A DNA stretch of 20,000 bases, taken from IMG/VR virus record IMGVR_UViG_3300035498_000413, positions 56,611 through 76,610 of that record; one strand, 5' to 3'. Shown here piece by piece: positions 7,455 through 14,074 of the stretch; position 1 is the first letter of the stretch, and every line of letters begins with the position of its first letter. The stretch comes from an uncultured virus (IMG/VR IMGVR_UViG_3300035498_000413) (Duplodnaviria > Heunggongvirae > Uroviricota > Caudoviricetes). The notes under the pieces were generated by a model. It was not told the DNA's origin and did not search any database. It was given only the letters and a program-made list of their open reading frames with translations. Both the position numbers and the translations under genes were made by a program.

Positions 7455-8639
7455 TCAAAAATCAAACCATGTAACACTATCTAAAGCAGAAGCTACGTCA
7501 TCCAAAGTGGTATTTTTCCCCAATAAATGATATTGAGAACTATAGATAAAGTAAGCTATATCTCCAGCGTTTATTACACCAGCTTTAATAGCTGCTCCGT
7601 TATAGTAAATACTTTTTGCGGTTTTAGAATTAATGCTTAAAGTAGCATTTGCAGGTACATCATAAGTAAATTTAACAGCAACGATGCCTCCAGTAGTTAA
7701 AGAATAGCTACTTAAAGAAGCTGTTTTGGCAGTAGTAGCTGCCGCTGTTGAGCACGTTACATATCCCTATCCCAGTGAAGCATTAGAGTAAGTAGAATTT
7801 GCATCACCAGTAGCCCACCAACCAGTATAAGTAGTTCCATTAATATTTACTCCAGAACGATAGGTTAATGTAACAAGATAATTGGCCCCATAATGCGTAG
7901 TTAATCTTGAAGTTGCCCATCTATAACAATCAATAGCGCCTGTAGTAGTACCATCGTCGAGAGTTAAATTTAAAGTAACATTAGTACTACTCACAGAAGC
8001 ATAAGGAAGCCAATAATTAATACAAAGTCCATCATATAATGCTTTGACACCATGTAAATTACCAGTCCAATCTGCGGTAGAAGCTGTCTGAGTGCCCATT
8101 ACAAAGCGATTATCAGTTAGATTGATAGTAACATTAGAAGAACCATCAAAAGAAGCAGAGCCCGACTCATCGCCGTCCACAGTTATTGTGCGGGCAGTGG
8201 TTAATTTAGGTACTGAGTCTATAGAAGCCCAAGTCGCGTCTCCACGTAAGAACTTAGATTGGCTACCTGCGGAAGGCTAGGGCACTAAACCCCTTGTACC
8301 TGCCGTGCTCGCACTTGCGCCAGTAAATGTATCAACATTATTCTAAACCACAGTCCAGTCTGTTGCTTTATAGGAAGAACTATACGCAGAAACACAAATA
8401 ATCATGTCTCCTGATTCTATACTTCCTATATTTGTTATACTAAAAGAGGCAGAGGCTTTGTAAGTCCAACCAACTTTATAATCCGTTAATCCTGTAATAT
8501 CGGCAGCACTTGAGACTGTACCCTTAAAGATAAGTCCTGATGCGAGGGTCGTCTCAATAATGTCAAGACGATCCCTCGCAGCAGTATCTTTTAGAGTGTA
8601 AGTGGTGCTGCCTACTTTAATATTAGCTAAATCTGCCAC
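7455..8639 (-). CDS. tail-fibre-like protein, 394 aa when TAG=Gln (3 internal TAG)
   Basis: Joins ORFs 8343..8639 and 7767..8180 plus an unlisted C-terminus in one frame, through TAGs at 8343-45, 8277-79 and 7767-69 (DWTVV*NN, GLVP*PSAGSQSKFLRGDATW, SNASLG*GYVTCSTAAAT). Ends at TGA right before the terminator. Confidence 0.88.
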
Positions 8640-8661
8640 TTACTTCACACCGTCCTTTTAA

Positions 8662-9861
8662 TTAGGAAACAGTAACAGTCTTTGTACTCTTTGTCAGAGT
8701 GGGAGTAATAGTATCTGCTGTACCCTTAAATGTACTAGAAACATCAGTAGCTTTAGTATAACTACCACTTACACTGACGTCACCTTCAGAACCACTAAAT
8801 GTAGCAGAAATTGTATTAGTATTCCCTGCGAAAGTGGCAGAATATTTATTACCGGTAAAGGTAGGAGCGGTAGCAGTAGCTGATTCAATACCAGTAACCA
8901 CAGTAATGCCGCTATCAAGAGAAGGTAGAGTACCAGCAGAAAATGTACCATCAGTGAAAGAACCAGCTTTAAAGCCAGTAGAAGTCACAGCGGCACTAGT
9001 AGAAGCAGTACCTAAAGTCAGAGTTTCACCACTCACAGTAGCAGTCACGCCAGAAGTAGCAAAATTACTAGTAGATTCAGATACGCTAGGAGCGGTATAA
9101 GAAGCCGCTGTATAAGAAGGAAGAGTACCCACAGAAGAAATATGCTTTACGGTAGTAGTAGAAGGAGTCACAGTAATTGTAGGAGCTGATACAGTGCCAC
9201 CAAGAGTAACGCCATTAGTATTATCAACAGAGAGTGTCACTTTACCAGAAGGAGTCACGCTACCAGATACCGAACCTTCAGGAGTAAATTTACCAGAAGA
9301 ACTCACAGTACTAGATTCAGTAGAAAGAGTGGTGGAAACAGTACCAGCAGGAGTATAAGAAGCGCCATTGATACCAGTAGTAACTTCAACAGTGCCAGAA
9401 GCTGAATCCTTATAAGCAAGAGCCTTTAAGCCAAGCGCAGATTGTAAAGAAGCTACGCTGATGTCAGCGTCGAGAGCGATATTAGCGATCTTACGGGTCT
9501 TAGGGACATATGCGCCTTCATCACCAAGTTCAGTAAATGCACCATCATAAAAAAGATACTCTTTAGTACCAACAATGATGACATCGCCACTCTCATATGT
9601 AGAAACATCAGTGGGCAACTCATCAAGCTTGCCTTTAAAATGCAGAACACCTGTTAAACCAGCAATAGCAGACTGAACTTGAGCACCTGTGACAAGACCA
9701 TTCTCGCCTTCAGCAACACCGCTAGTAGAAACATCCTTTAAAGAAGCATTACCCAGAGTGTCTAAAATACTACGTGCATCAGCGTCTTTTAATAAATAAG
9801 TAACGCCGCCTAGCTCAATTTGGCTTAGCACAGAGCCAGCAGTATATTCAAAAATTGACAT
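8662..9861 (-). CDS. Ser/Thr/Gly-rich virion fibre/decoration protein
   Basis: YLLKDADAR N-terminal motif, LHFKG module, TPxGxVS and APTFTG beta-type repeats; no TAG in frame. Confidence 0.75.
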   Translation of the reverse strand: MSIFEYTAGSVLSQIELGGVTYLLKDADARSILDTLGNASLKDVSTSGVAEGENGLVTGAQVQSAIAGLTGVLHFKGKLDELPTDVSTYESGDVIIVGTKEYLFYDGAFTELGDEGAYVPKTRKIANIALDADISVASLQSALGLKALAYKDSASGTVEVTTGINGASYTPAGTVSTTLSTESSTVSSSGKFTPEGSVSGSVTPSGKVTLSVDNTNGVTLGGTVSAPTITVTPSTTTVKHISSVGTLPSYTAASYTAPSVSESTSNFATSGVTATVSGETLTLGTASTSAAVTSTGFKAGSFTDGTFSAGTLPSLDSGITVVTGIESATATAPTFTGNKYSATFAGNTNTISATFSGSEGDVSVSGSYTKATDVSSTFKGTADTITPTLTKSTKTVTVS

Positions 9862-9883
9862 AAATTAAAAATCTCCTTATTTT

Positions 9884-10246
9884 TTATTTATAAAAACGAA
9901 TAAGCTCTTGAGAGTTATTCACTTCTACGCTAAATTTATTCTCTAATTCATCGGTAATAACTTTCTAACTTATCGCTCCATCTGTATTAGTTCCTAAACT
10001 TTGATAAAGTTTCATAATACCCGCGGAATCCTCAGATGCCTAGAGGTATGAAAGCTAGATCCATGGAGTAATACCATCACCGATTTTTATTTGTAGACCA
10101 TCTTTAGCGGTATCTACAAAACAAATTTGTCCATTATCAGGGACATAGGTATCTTCATAATTAAAATAATTATCTCTTTTTGAACCCTTATCTTTCATAA
10201 GAGTCCATAGTATACTTACGCCTGATTGGTCTAGGAATTTAGACAC
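9884..10246 (-). CDS. virion structural/fibre-associated protein, 120 aa when TAG=Gln (3 internal TAG)
   Basis: Extends ORF 10055..10246 through TAGs at 10055-57, 10040-42 and 9965-67: KIGDGITPWI*LSYL*ASEDSAGIMKLYQSLGTNTDGAIS*KVITDELENK...RFYK-TAA. This fills the gap to the next RBS. Confidence 0.85.
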
Positions 10247-10264
10247 TTAATTGTCCTCCTTCCC

Positions 10265-11017
10265 TTATACGCAAATAGTTTTAATTTCATCCTCGGTTAA
10301 GGCTTCAGGAATAACAGCCTCGATATCTTTCTTAACTGCTACTTCATGCTCAGGATCATCAGCAACATAATTACCAGAAGCTTTATCTTCTGCATTGTGA
10401 TAGAACATACCTTTTTGATACACGTTTAAACGTGAACCGATCCAGTCGCCATTAACCTCTTTATCAGCATAAATTTGAGCAACCATGCCATTGGCGCCAC
10501 CATCATTTACTCCAACGAAAGATTCAGTACCATCAGTATGAATAAATTTAGCGCCACCGCCAGAAGTTTCATTCCAAACAAGCGACTCGCCATTCACGTC
10601 TTTAATGCTCTAAGTAGTTTTATTATCAAGATCAGACTTAGTAGCATAATTACTCAGATCAATAGAGCCAGCAAGTTTATCCCAAGAATCTCCAGTCCAA
10701 ACAACATTATCACCAGGATTAATACCATTATCTGCGTCTGCATTTATGACATTATAAACGTCTCCAATAGCTGCATCAGCAGGTAATTCAGAATAATTAT
10801 CAATACTACCCTTATAAGTAAATACTCTAGTTACGTCTGTAGTAACTTCTGCAATAGCTTCTTGAAGTTTATCTTCTGTGACATAATCACTTAAGATTTC
10901 AACTAATTCAGAGCTAGTTTTATAGTTAGTTAAAGCTTCAGAAATAGCGTCTGCATTATAGCCCTTAATTTGCGCCCATAATGTAACTAAACCAGCTTGG
11001 TCAAGAACTTTTACCAT
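10265..11017 (-). CDS. virion structural/fibre-associated protein, 250 aa when TAG=Gln (1 internal TAG)
   Basis: ORFs 10610..11017 and 10265..10597 are in the same frame and joined by TAG 10610-12 (DNKTT*SIKDVNGE). Contains an FTYKGS...GDVYNV...WDKLAG module. Confidence 0.85.
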
Positions 11018-11033
11018 TTGATAACCTCCCCTT

Positions 11034-11378
11034 TTAATTTAATATTGAAAGAATTTCCTTTTCAGTTAAAGGAATATTCTTGTCAACCCATTCAAGATTT
11101 CCGTCGCTCCCTTTAGAAGGGATTTGACCGGCGGTCGCTGCACTAAAACCGTATAATTCTATGGCATCGCCGTATAAAGTCAAACTTTTATTATCAATAG
11201 AAATGGATGCTTCTCCCTCGAAGTATTTTAAATCATTCCAAGCAGTAGTGCCATCTCCAATTTTAAGTTTGCCTGTATCTTTTTCATATCCAGGCTCGCC
11301 AGATTCAAGTATTGGATTTAATCGAATCCATGTATTTGCAGAACCACGCTTAAATTTAATTATTGTTGTTTCAGCCAA
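11034..11378 (-). CDS. Mtd_N/hyaluronidase-N-like fibre anchor domain protein
   Basis: IKFKRG...W...NPILESGEPGYEKDTGKLKIGDGTTAWNDLKY is the characteristic motif; TTG start with GAGGAG RBS. Confidence 0.8.
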   Translation of the reverse strand: MAETTIIKFKRGSANTWIRLNPILESGEPGYEKDTGKLKIGDGTTAWNDLKYFEGEASISIDNKSLTLYGDAIELYGFSAATAGQIPSKGSDGNLEWVDKNIPLTEKEILSILN

Positions 11379-11401
11379 ACCTTTTCCACTCCTCTATAAT
11401 T

Positions 11402-11704
11402 TTAGTCTAAGTCGCCACCATCATAGAGATTGTTTTCACCTGAAGAAGAAAAGTTATCATCTAAATCTCCGCCATCATAAGAATTATTTTCGCCTGAAGA
11501 TGAACTTTCATTTCCAGTCGTACTCTACAAAATCCATATTTTTGAACCATTTAAAATATAAACATTAGAGTTTTCAATCACAAAAGCTTTAGAACCAACT
11601 CCACAATCAGTAGGCAAATCAGCTACATCACTTTGATAATCGCATAAGAACTCAGCCATATTATAGAAAGTCTTGCGAATATTATTTGTACTAGCTGTAA
11701 TCAT
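11402..11704 (-). CDS. small putative structural protein, 100 aa when TAG=Gln (1 internal TAG)
   Basis: ATG 11704 with GGGGAG RBS. Reading through TAG 11525-27 adds an acidic tail with two copies of SSSGENNxYDGGDLD, ending at TAA just before the next RBS. Confidence 0.8.
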
Positions 11705-11793
11705 ATGCAAGTCTCCCCTTTTCAATACTATCTCATAGTATTCTAAAAAATTAAAACTATGAATTATATATTTTTGTCCAGGGTTTTGAGCAT

Positions 11794-11827
11794 AAAAGAA
11801 AGGCTTCCCTCGTAAGAAGGAAGCCTT
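11794..11827 (-). terminator. intrinsic terminator ending the large tRNA array
   Basis: AAGGCTTCC...GGAAGCCTT stem followed by TCTTTT. Confidence 0.75.
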
Positions 11828-11831
11828 AAAA

Positions 11832-11872
11832 CTAGATACTACAATCACCAGAAAGTTTGCTGTTGGTATCTA
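11832..11872 (-). ncRNA. ACAGCAA stem element copy 1 (unknown small RNA)
   Basis: TAGATAC-CA-ACAGCAA-loop-GTATCTAG, 3 nt after the tRNA-Ser(GCU) CCA. Confidence 0.6.
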
Positions 11873-11875
11873 CTA

Positions 11876-11965
11876 TGGCAGAGGATAAGAGATTCGAACT
11901 CTTGCGGCCGTAGCCCTATCAGTTTAGCGAACTGACCCCTTATAACCTAACTTGGGTAATCCTCT
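11876..11965 (-). tRNA. tRNA-Ser(GCU)
   Basis: AGAGGAT...TCAGT TC[GCT]AA ACTGA, long variable arm, ATCCTCT G CCA; C at position 33. Confidence 0.9.
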
Positions 11966-12022
11966 ATGTATCCTCTGCGTTTGCGTGGGCTTGGAACCAC
12001 CATCATCGGCCGCATTATACAT
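11966..12022 (-). ncRNA. twister ribozyme (type P1)
   Basis: ATGTA TAA TGC GGCC GATGATG GTGG TTCCAAGC CCAC GCAAAC GCA GAGGA TACAT. P1 ATGTA/TACAT, UAA cleavage loop, P2 TGC/GCA, P4 GTGG/CCAC, T1 TCC/GGA, T2 GC/GC. Confidence 0.88.
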
Positions 12023-12027
12023 CATAT

Positions 12028-12087
12028 TCATCTATTGCTGATAGTGGGAGTCTCATTTCCAAAAATAAAATCATCAATATCGTACAT
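12028..12087 (-). CDS. putative 19-aa peptide MYDIDDFIFGNETPTISNR
   Basis: AAGGAG 7 nt upstream of ATG; TGA lies just before the twister. Confidence 0.35.
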   Translation of the reverse strand: MYDIDDFIFGNETPTISNR

Positions 12088-12116
12088 TCATATTCTCCTT
12101 TCTAAATTTAAAATAA

Positions 12117-12176
12117 CTAGACACAGGCAAAAATTTTATAACATTAAATCTTTAGAATGGTTGCTGTGAGTGTCTA
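12117..12176 (-). ncRNA. ACAGCAA stem element copy 2
   Basis: TAGACAC-TC-ACAGCAA-loop-GTGTCTAG, 3 nt after the tRNA-Lys CCA. Confidence 0.6.
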
Positions 12177-12179
12177 AAA

Positions 12180-12256
12180 TGGTGCGTCAGGTGAGACTTG
12201 AACTCACGCATTTCCAAATTAAAAGTTTGGAGCCTTACCAACTTGGCCACTGACGC
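12180..12256 (-). tRNA. tRNA-Lys(UUU)
   Basis: GCGTCAG...CCAAA CT[TTT]AA TTTGG...CTGACGC A CCA. Confidence 0.9.
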
Positions 12257-12328
12257 GTATCAAGCAGTTTTAAGTCATACTTAGGACTAAAAACACTTGG
12301 AGGCAAGGTATATGTAGCGCTAAGCGCT

Positions 12329-12404
12329 TGGTCCTAGTGTAGGGATTTGAACCCTAGTTTTCCGATTATAAGTCGGAGGCTTTAACCTACTAAGCTACAC
12401 TAGA
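12329..12404 (-). tRNA. tRNA-Ile(UAU)
   Basis: TCTAGTG...TCCGA CT[TAT]AA TCGGA...TTCAAAT...CACTAGG A CCA. Confidence 0.9.
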
Positions 12405-12410
12405 ATATTT

Positions 12411-12551
12411 TCACATTTCTTCTATCTCTTCTTCTGCTTCAAATCTAACTACTTTACCAGAAGTAATAACAGCCGCTGCCGTTCTACAAAACTTAGTATA
12501 AACTAAGCCTTTCCAGCGAAACATACCTCTTTCTAAATCTTTAAATTTCAT
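12411..12551 (-). CDS. hypothetical 46-aa protein
   Basis: MKFKDLERGMFRWKGLVYTKF...EEEIEEM; ATGA-coupled to the upstream gene. Confidence 0.65.
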   Translation of the reverse strand: MKFKDLERGMFRWKGLVYTKFCRTAAAVITSGKVVRFEAEEEIEEM

Positions 12552-12775
12552 CGCATTGCCCTCGCGTATTCAATAACAAGAGAAGAAATGTAAGATGCTT
12601 CATCATCTGTAATCTGATCTAAGAAAATGCCATACTTGCGGCAAACCCGGTCCTGCGCCACTTCATCTCTAGCCCACTCGGGATGCATAGCTAGCTCTCG
12701 CGCAGCCGCATCCGCAGAAACCGCATTAAAATTAAAAGCAGAGTTACAAGTTCCACAATTACTAAAATGAATCAT
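12548..12775 (-). CDS. hypothetical 75-aa protein
   Basis: Start ATG 12775 (MIHFSNCGTC) with AAGGAG RBS. Confidence 0.7.
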   Translation of the reverse strand: MIHFSNCGTCNSAFNFNAVSADAAARELAMHPEWARDEVAQDRVCRKYGIFLDQITDDEASYISSLVIEYARAMR

Positions 12776-12803
12776 TTTTCTCTTGCTCCTTTTTAAATAA
12801 AAA

Positions 12804-12908
12804 CTAGACGCTTTAAATTTTGTTATCCAATCTCCGCAAAGAAAGGCACTACTTTTTGAAAGTACATTAATCAAATTACTTGTTTTAAAAAGTTGCTGTA
12901 AGCGTCTT
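12804..12908 (-). ncRNA. ACAGCAA stem element copy 3
   Basis: AGACGCTT-ACAGCAA-long loop-AAGCGTCTAG, just after the tRNA-Gln CCA. Confidence 0.6.
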
Positions 12909-12910
12909 TA

Positions 12911-12984
12911 TGGCAGCCGATGAAGGGATCAAACCTCCACCACGAGAGTCAAATTCTCGGATGCTATCACTACACCAATCGGCT
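12911..12984 (-). tRNA. tRNA-Gln(UUG)
   Basis: AGCCGAT...CGAGA AT[TTG]AC TCTCG...ATCGGCT G CCA; A19/U56 variant elbow. Confidence 0.85.
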
Positions 12985-13243
12985 ATATAAAAGAGTTCAA
13001 TGTTTTAGGCTTCACAAGTTTCTAAAACCCAAGGTACTCTTAAACCTGAATATACTTTACTTTACTTCTTATATAGCGTTCTCACAATGCCACGTATCTC
13101 CTAAAGCCGGTGGTAGCTTAAGTATTAAACCAATGTAACGCTTTTCGATTCAGTTTTATCTCACCTTTAACGACTATCGAAGCGCCGGATACCATACTCG
13201 TATCTTTACTGCATCTAATAATTAAGCGACGTGCAGCGATCGC

Positions 13244-13321
13244 TGGTGTTCCGAGAGAGACTCGAACTCTCACTGAAATGAACCTAAATCATTTGTCTCC
13301 TGCCGATTGGACTACCGGAAC
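13244..13321 (-). tRNA. tRNA-Leu(UAG) with short variable loop
   Basis: GTTCCGG...AATGA TT[TAG]GT TCATT TCAGT GAGAG TTCGAGT CTCTC TCGGAAC A CCA. Confidence 0.88.
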
Positions 13322-13402
13322 ATCTGTAGCTAACTCCTCAAGAAGCTCATATTTCCATGCCATCTCATCACTCTGAATCTGAGTATCAAAATCGTCAAAC
13401 AT
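13289..13402 (-). CDS. 37-aa acidic peptide overlapping tRNA-Leu(UAG)
   Basis: AAGGAGG RBS; MFDDFDTQIQSDEMAWKYELLEELATDVPVVQSAGDK; first ORF after promoter 13444-13472. Confidence 0.55.
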   Translation of the reverse strand: MFDDFDTQIQSDEMAWKYELLEELATDVPVVQSAGDK

Positions 13403-13443
13403 TTTGCTTCCTCCTTAGTACGCTCTCCTTAATTTCTATAAAT

Positions 13444-13472
13444 ATTATATAATATTTTTTATTAAATTTCAA
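13444..13472 (-). promoter_or_regulatory. sigmaA-type promoter
   Basis: TTGAAA-17 bp-TATAAT followed by ATTTATAGAAATT. Confidence 0.78.
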
Positions 13473-13578
13473 AAGATGCCGAAGTTTATATTATAGAGAA
13501 ACCCTCGGCTTAAACCTCTATACTAAAAAGGAGTTTATATCAGTAAAGAACTAAAATTAGGTAGATTAAAGACTACCA

Positions 13579-13652
13579 TGGAGCGAACGAAGGGAATCAA
13601 ACCCTCATATCTAGCTTGGAAGGCTAGCGTTCTATCGTTGAACTACATCCGC
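13579..13652 (-). tRNA. tRNA-Gly(UCC)
   Basis: GCGGATG...CTAGC CT[TCC]AA GCTAG...CGTTCGC T CCA; A19/U56 variant elbow. Confidence 0.9.
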
Positions 13653-13658
13653 ATATCG

Positions 13659-13728
13659 TGCAGGATAGAGGATTTGAACCTCTATTCTTTGCCTTTTGAG
13701 CAAATACGCTATCTTACGCCAATCCTGC
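13659..13728 (-). tRNA. atypical tRNA-like gene (formal anticodon AAA)
   Basis: Perfect acceptor (GCAGGAT/ATCCTGC), T (AGAGG/CCTCT) and anticodon (TTTGC/GCAAA) stems, but loop TCAAAAG, short GG-less D-loop and no CCA. Confidence 0.6.
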
Positions 13729-13732
13729 ATAA

Positions 13733-13818
13733 TGGTGGCGGTGAAGGGATTTGAACCCTCACGGTATAAAACCAACGGTTTTTAAGACCGTTATGTCTAC
13801 CTGTTCCATCACACCGCC
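13733..13818 (-). tRNA. tRNA-Leu(UAA)
   Basis: GGCGGTG...ACGGT CT[TAA]AA ACCGT, long variable arm, CACCGCC A CCA. Confidence 0.93.
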
Positions 13819-13843
13819 TTATCGAGCTAGTCTTTCCTAGCAG

Positions 13844-14020
13844 TCAACCATCTAAATGGTCATAAGCGACTTCTCCGGTCGAGAGATCGACAATAACGAC
13901 ATTCTCATAGATAAGTCCATGGAGCCTCATTCTATTATATTCATCAATCGCTTCATCGTAGGTATTATACACTCGATGAATTTCATGGTCGTTGCCAGTG
14001 AAATGAATCATTTCAAACAT
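13844..14020 (-). CDS. hypothetical 58-aa protein
   Basis: MFEMIHFTGNDHEIHRVYNTYDEAIDEY...VVIVDLSTGEVAYDHLDG; GAGGGAAGG RBS; below the ORF-track cutoff. Confidence 0.7.
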   Translation of the reverse strand: MFEMIHFTGNDHEIHRVYNTYDEAIDEYNRMRLHGLIYENVVIVDLSTGEVAYDHLDG

Positions 14021-14045
14021 TGCCTTCCCTCAACTTTCTATAGAT

Positions 14046-14074
14046 ATTATATAATATTTTTTATTTTATATCAA
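14046..14074 (-). promoter_or_regulatory. sigmaA-type promoter
   Basis: TTGATA-17 bp-TATAAT followed by ATCTATAGAAAGTTGAG. Confidence 0.78.

Noticed and set aside
3409..9650. Nested minus-strand ORFs 3409..3663, 7222..7458, 8769..8951 and 9453..9650
   Set aside because: They are alternative frames inside larger genes, or span a promoter, terminator and tRNA.
11402..11503. Nucleotide tandem repeat as a non-coding element
   Set aside because: The two copies differ largely at synonymous positions of SSSGENNxYDGGDLD, so the repeat is coding. This further supports TAG read-through at 11525.
7455..11704. Fragmented structural ORFs read as pseudogenes or sequencing errors
   Set aside because: All eight breaks are the same codon (TAG), there are no frameshifts, motifs continue across them, and a CUA tRNA is adjacent.
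11832..12908. CRISPR array or attachment-site repeats
   Set aside because: The repeats are dispersed, covary as RNA stems and lack regular spacers. No cas or integrase gene is in the window.
13478..13522. preQ1-I riboswitch call
   Set aside because: The ligand-pairing C before the 3' stem strand is missing and no regulated gene follows. Kept only as a generic pseudoknot.
13826..13871. Hammerhead-like CTTATGA-stem near the GCTAG-GAAAGA-CTAGC hairpin
   Set aside because: The core is not CUGANGA, no GAAA follows stem II, and most of it lies in the 58-aa ORF. Only a simple hairpin is supported.
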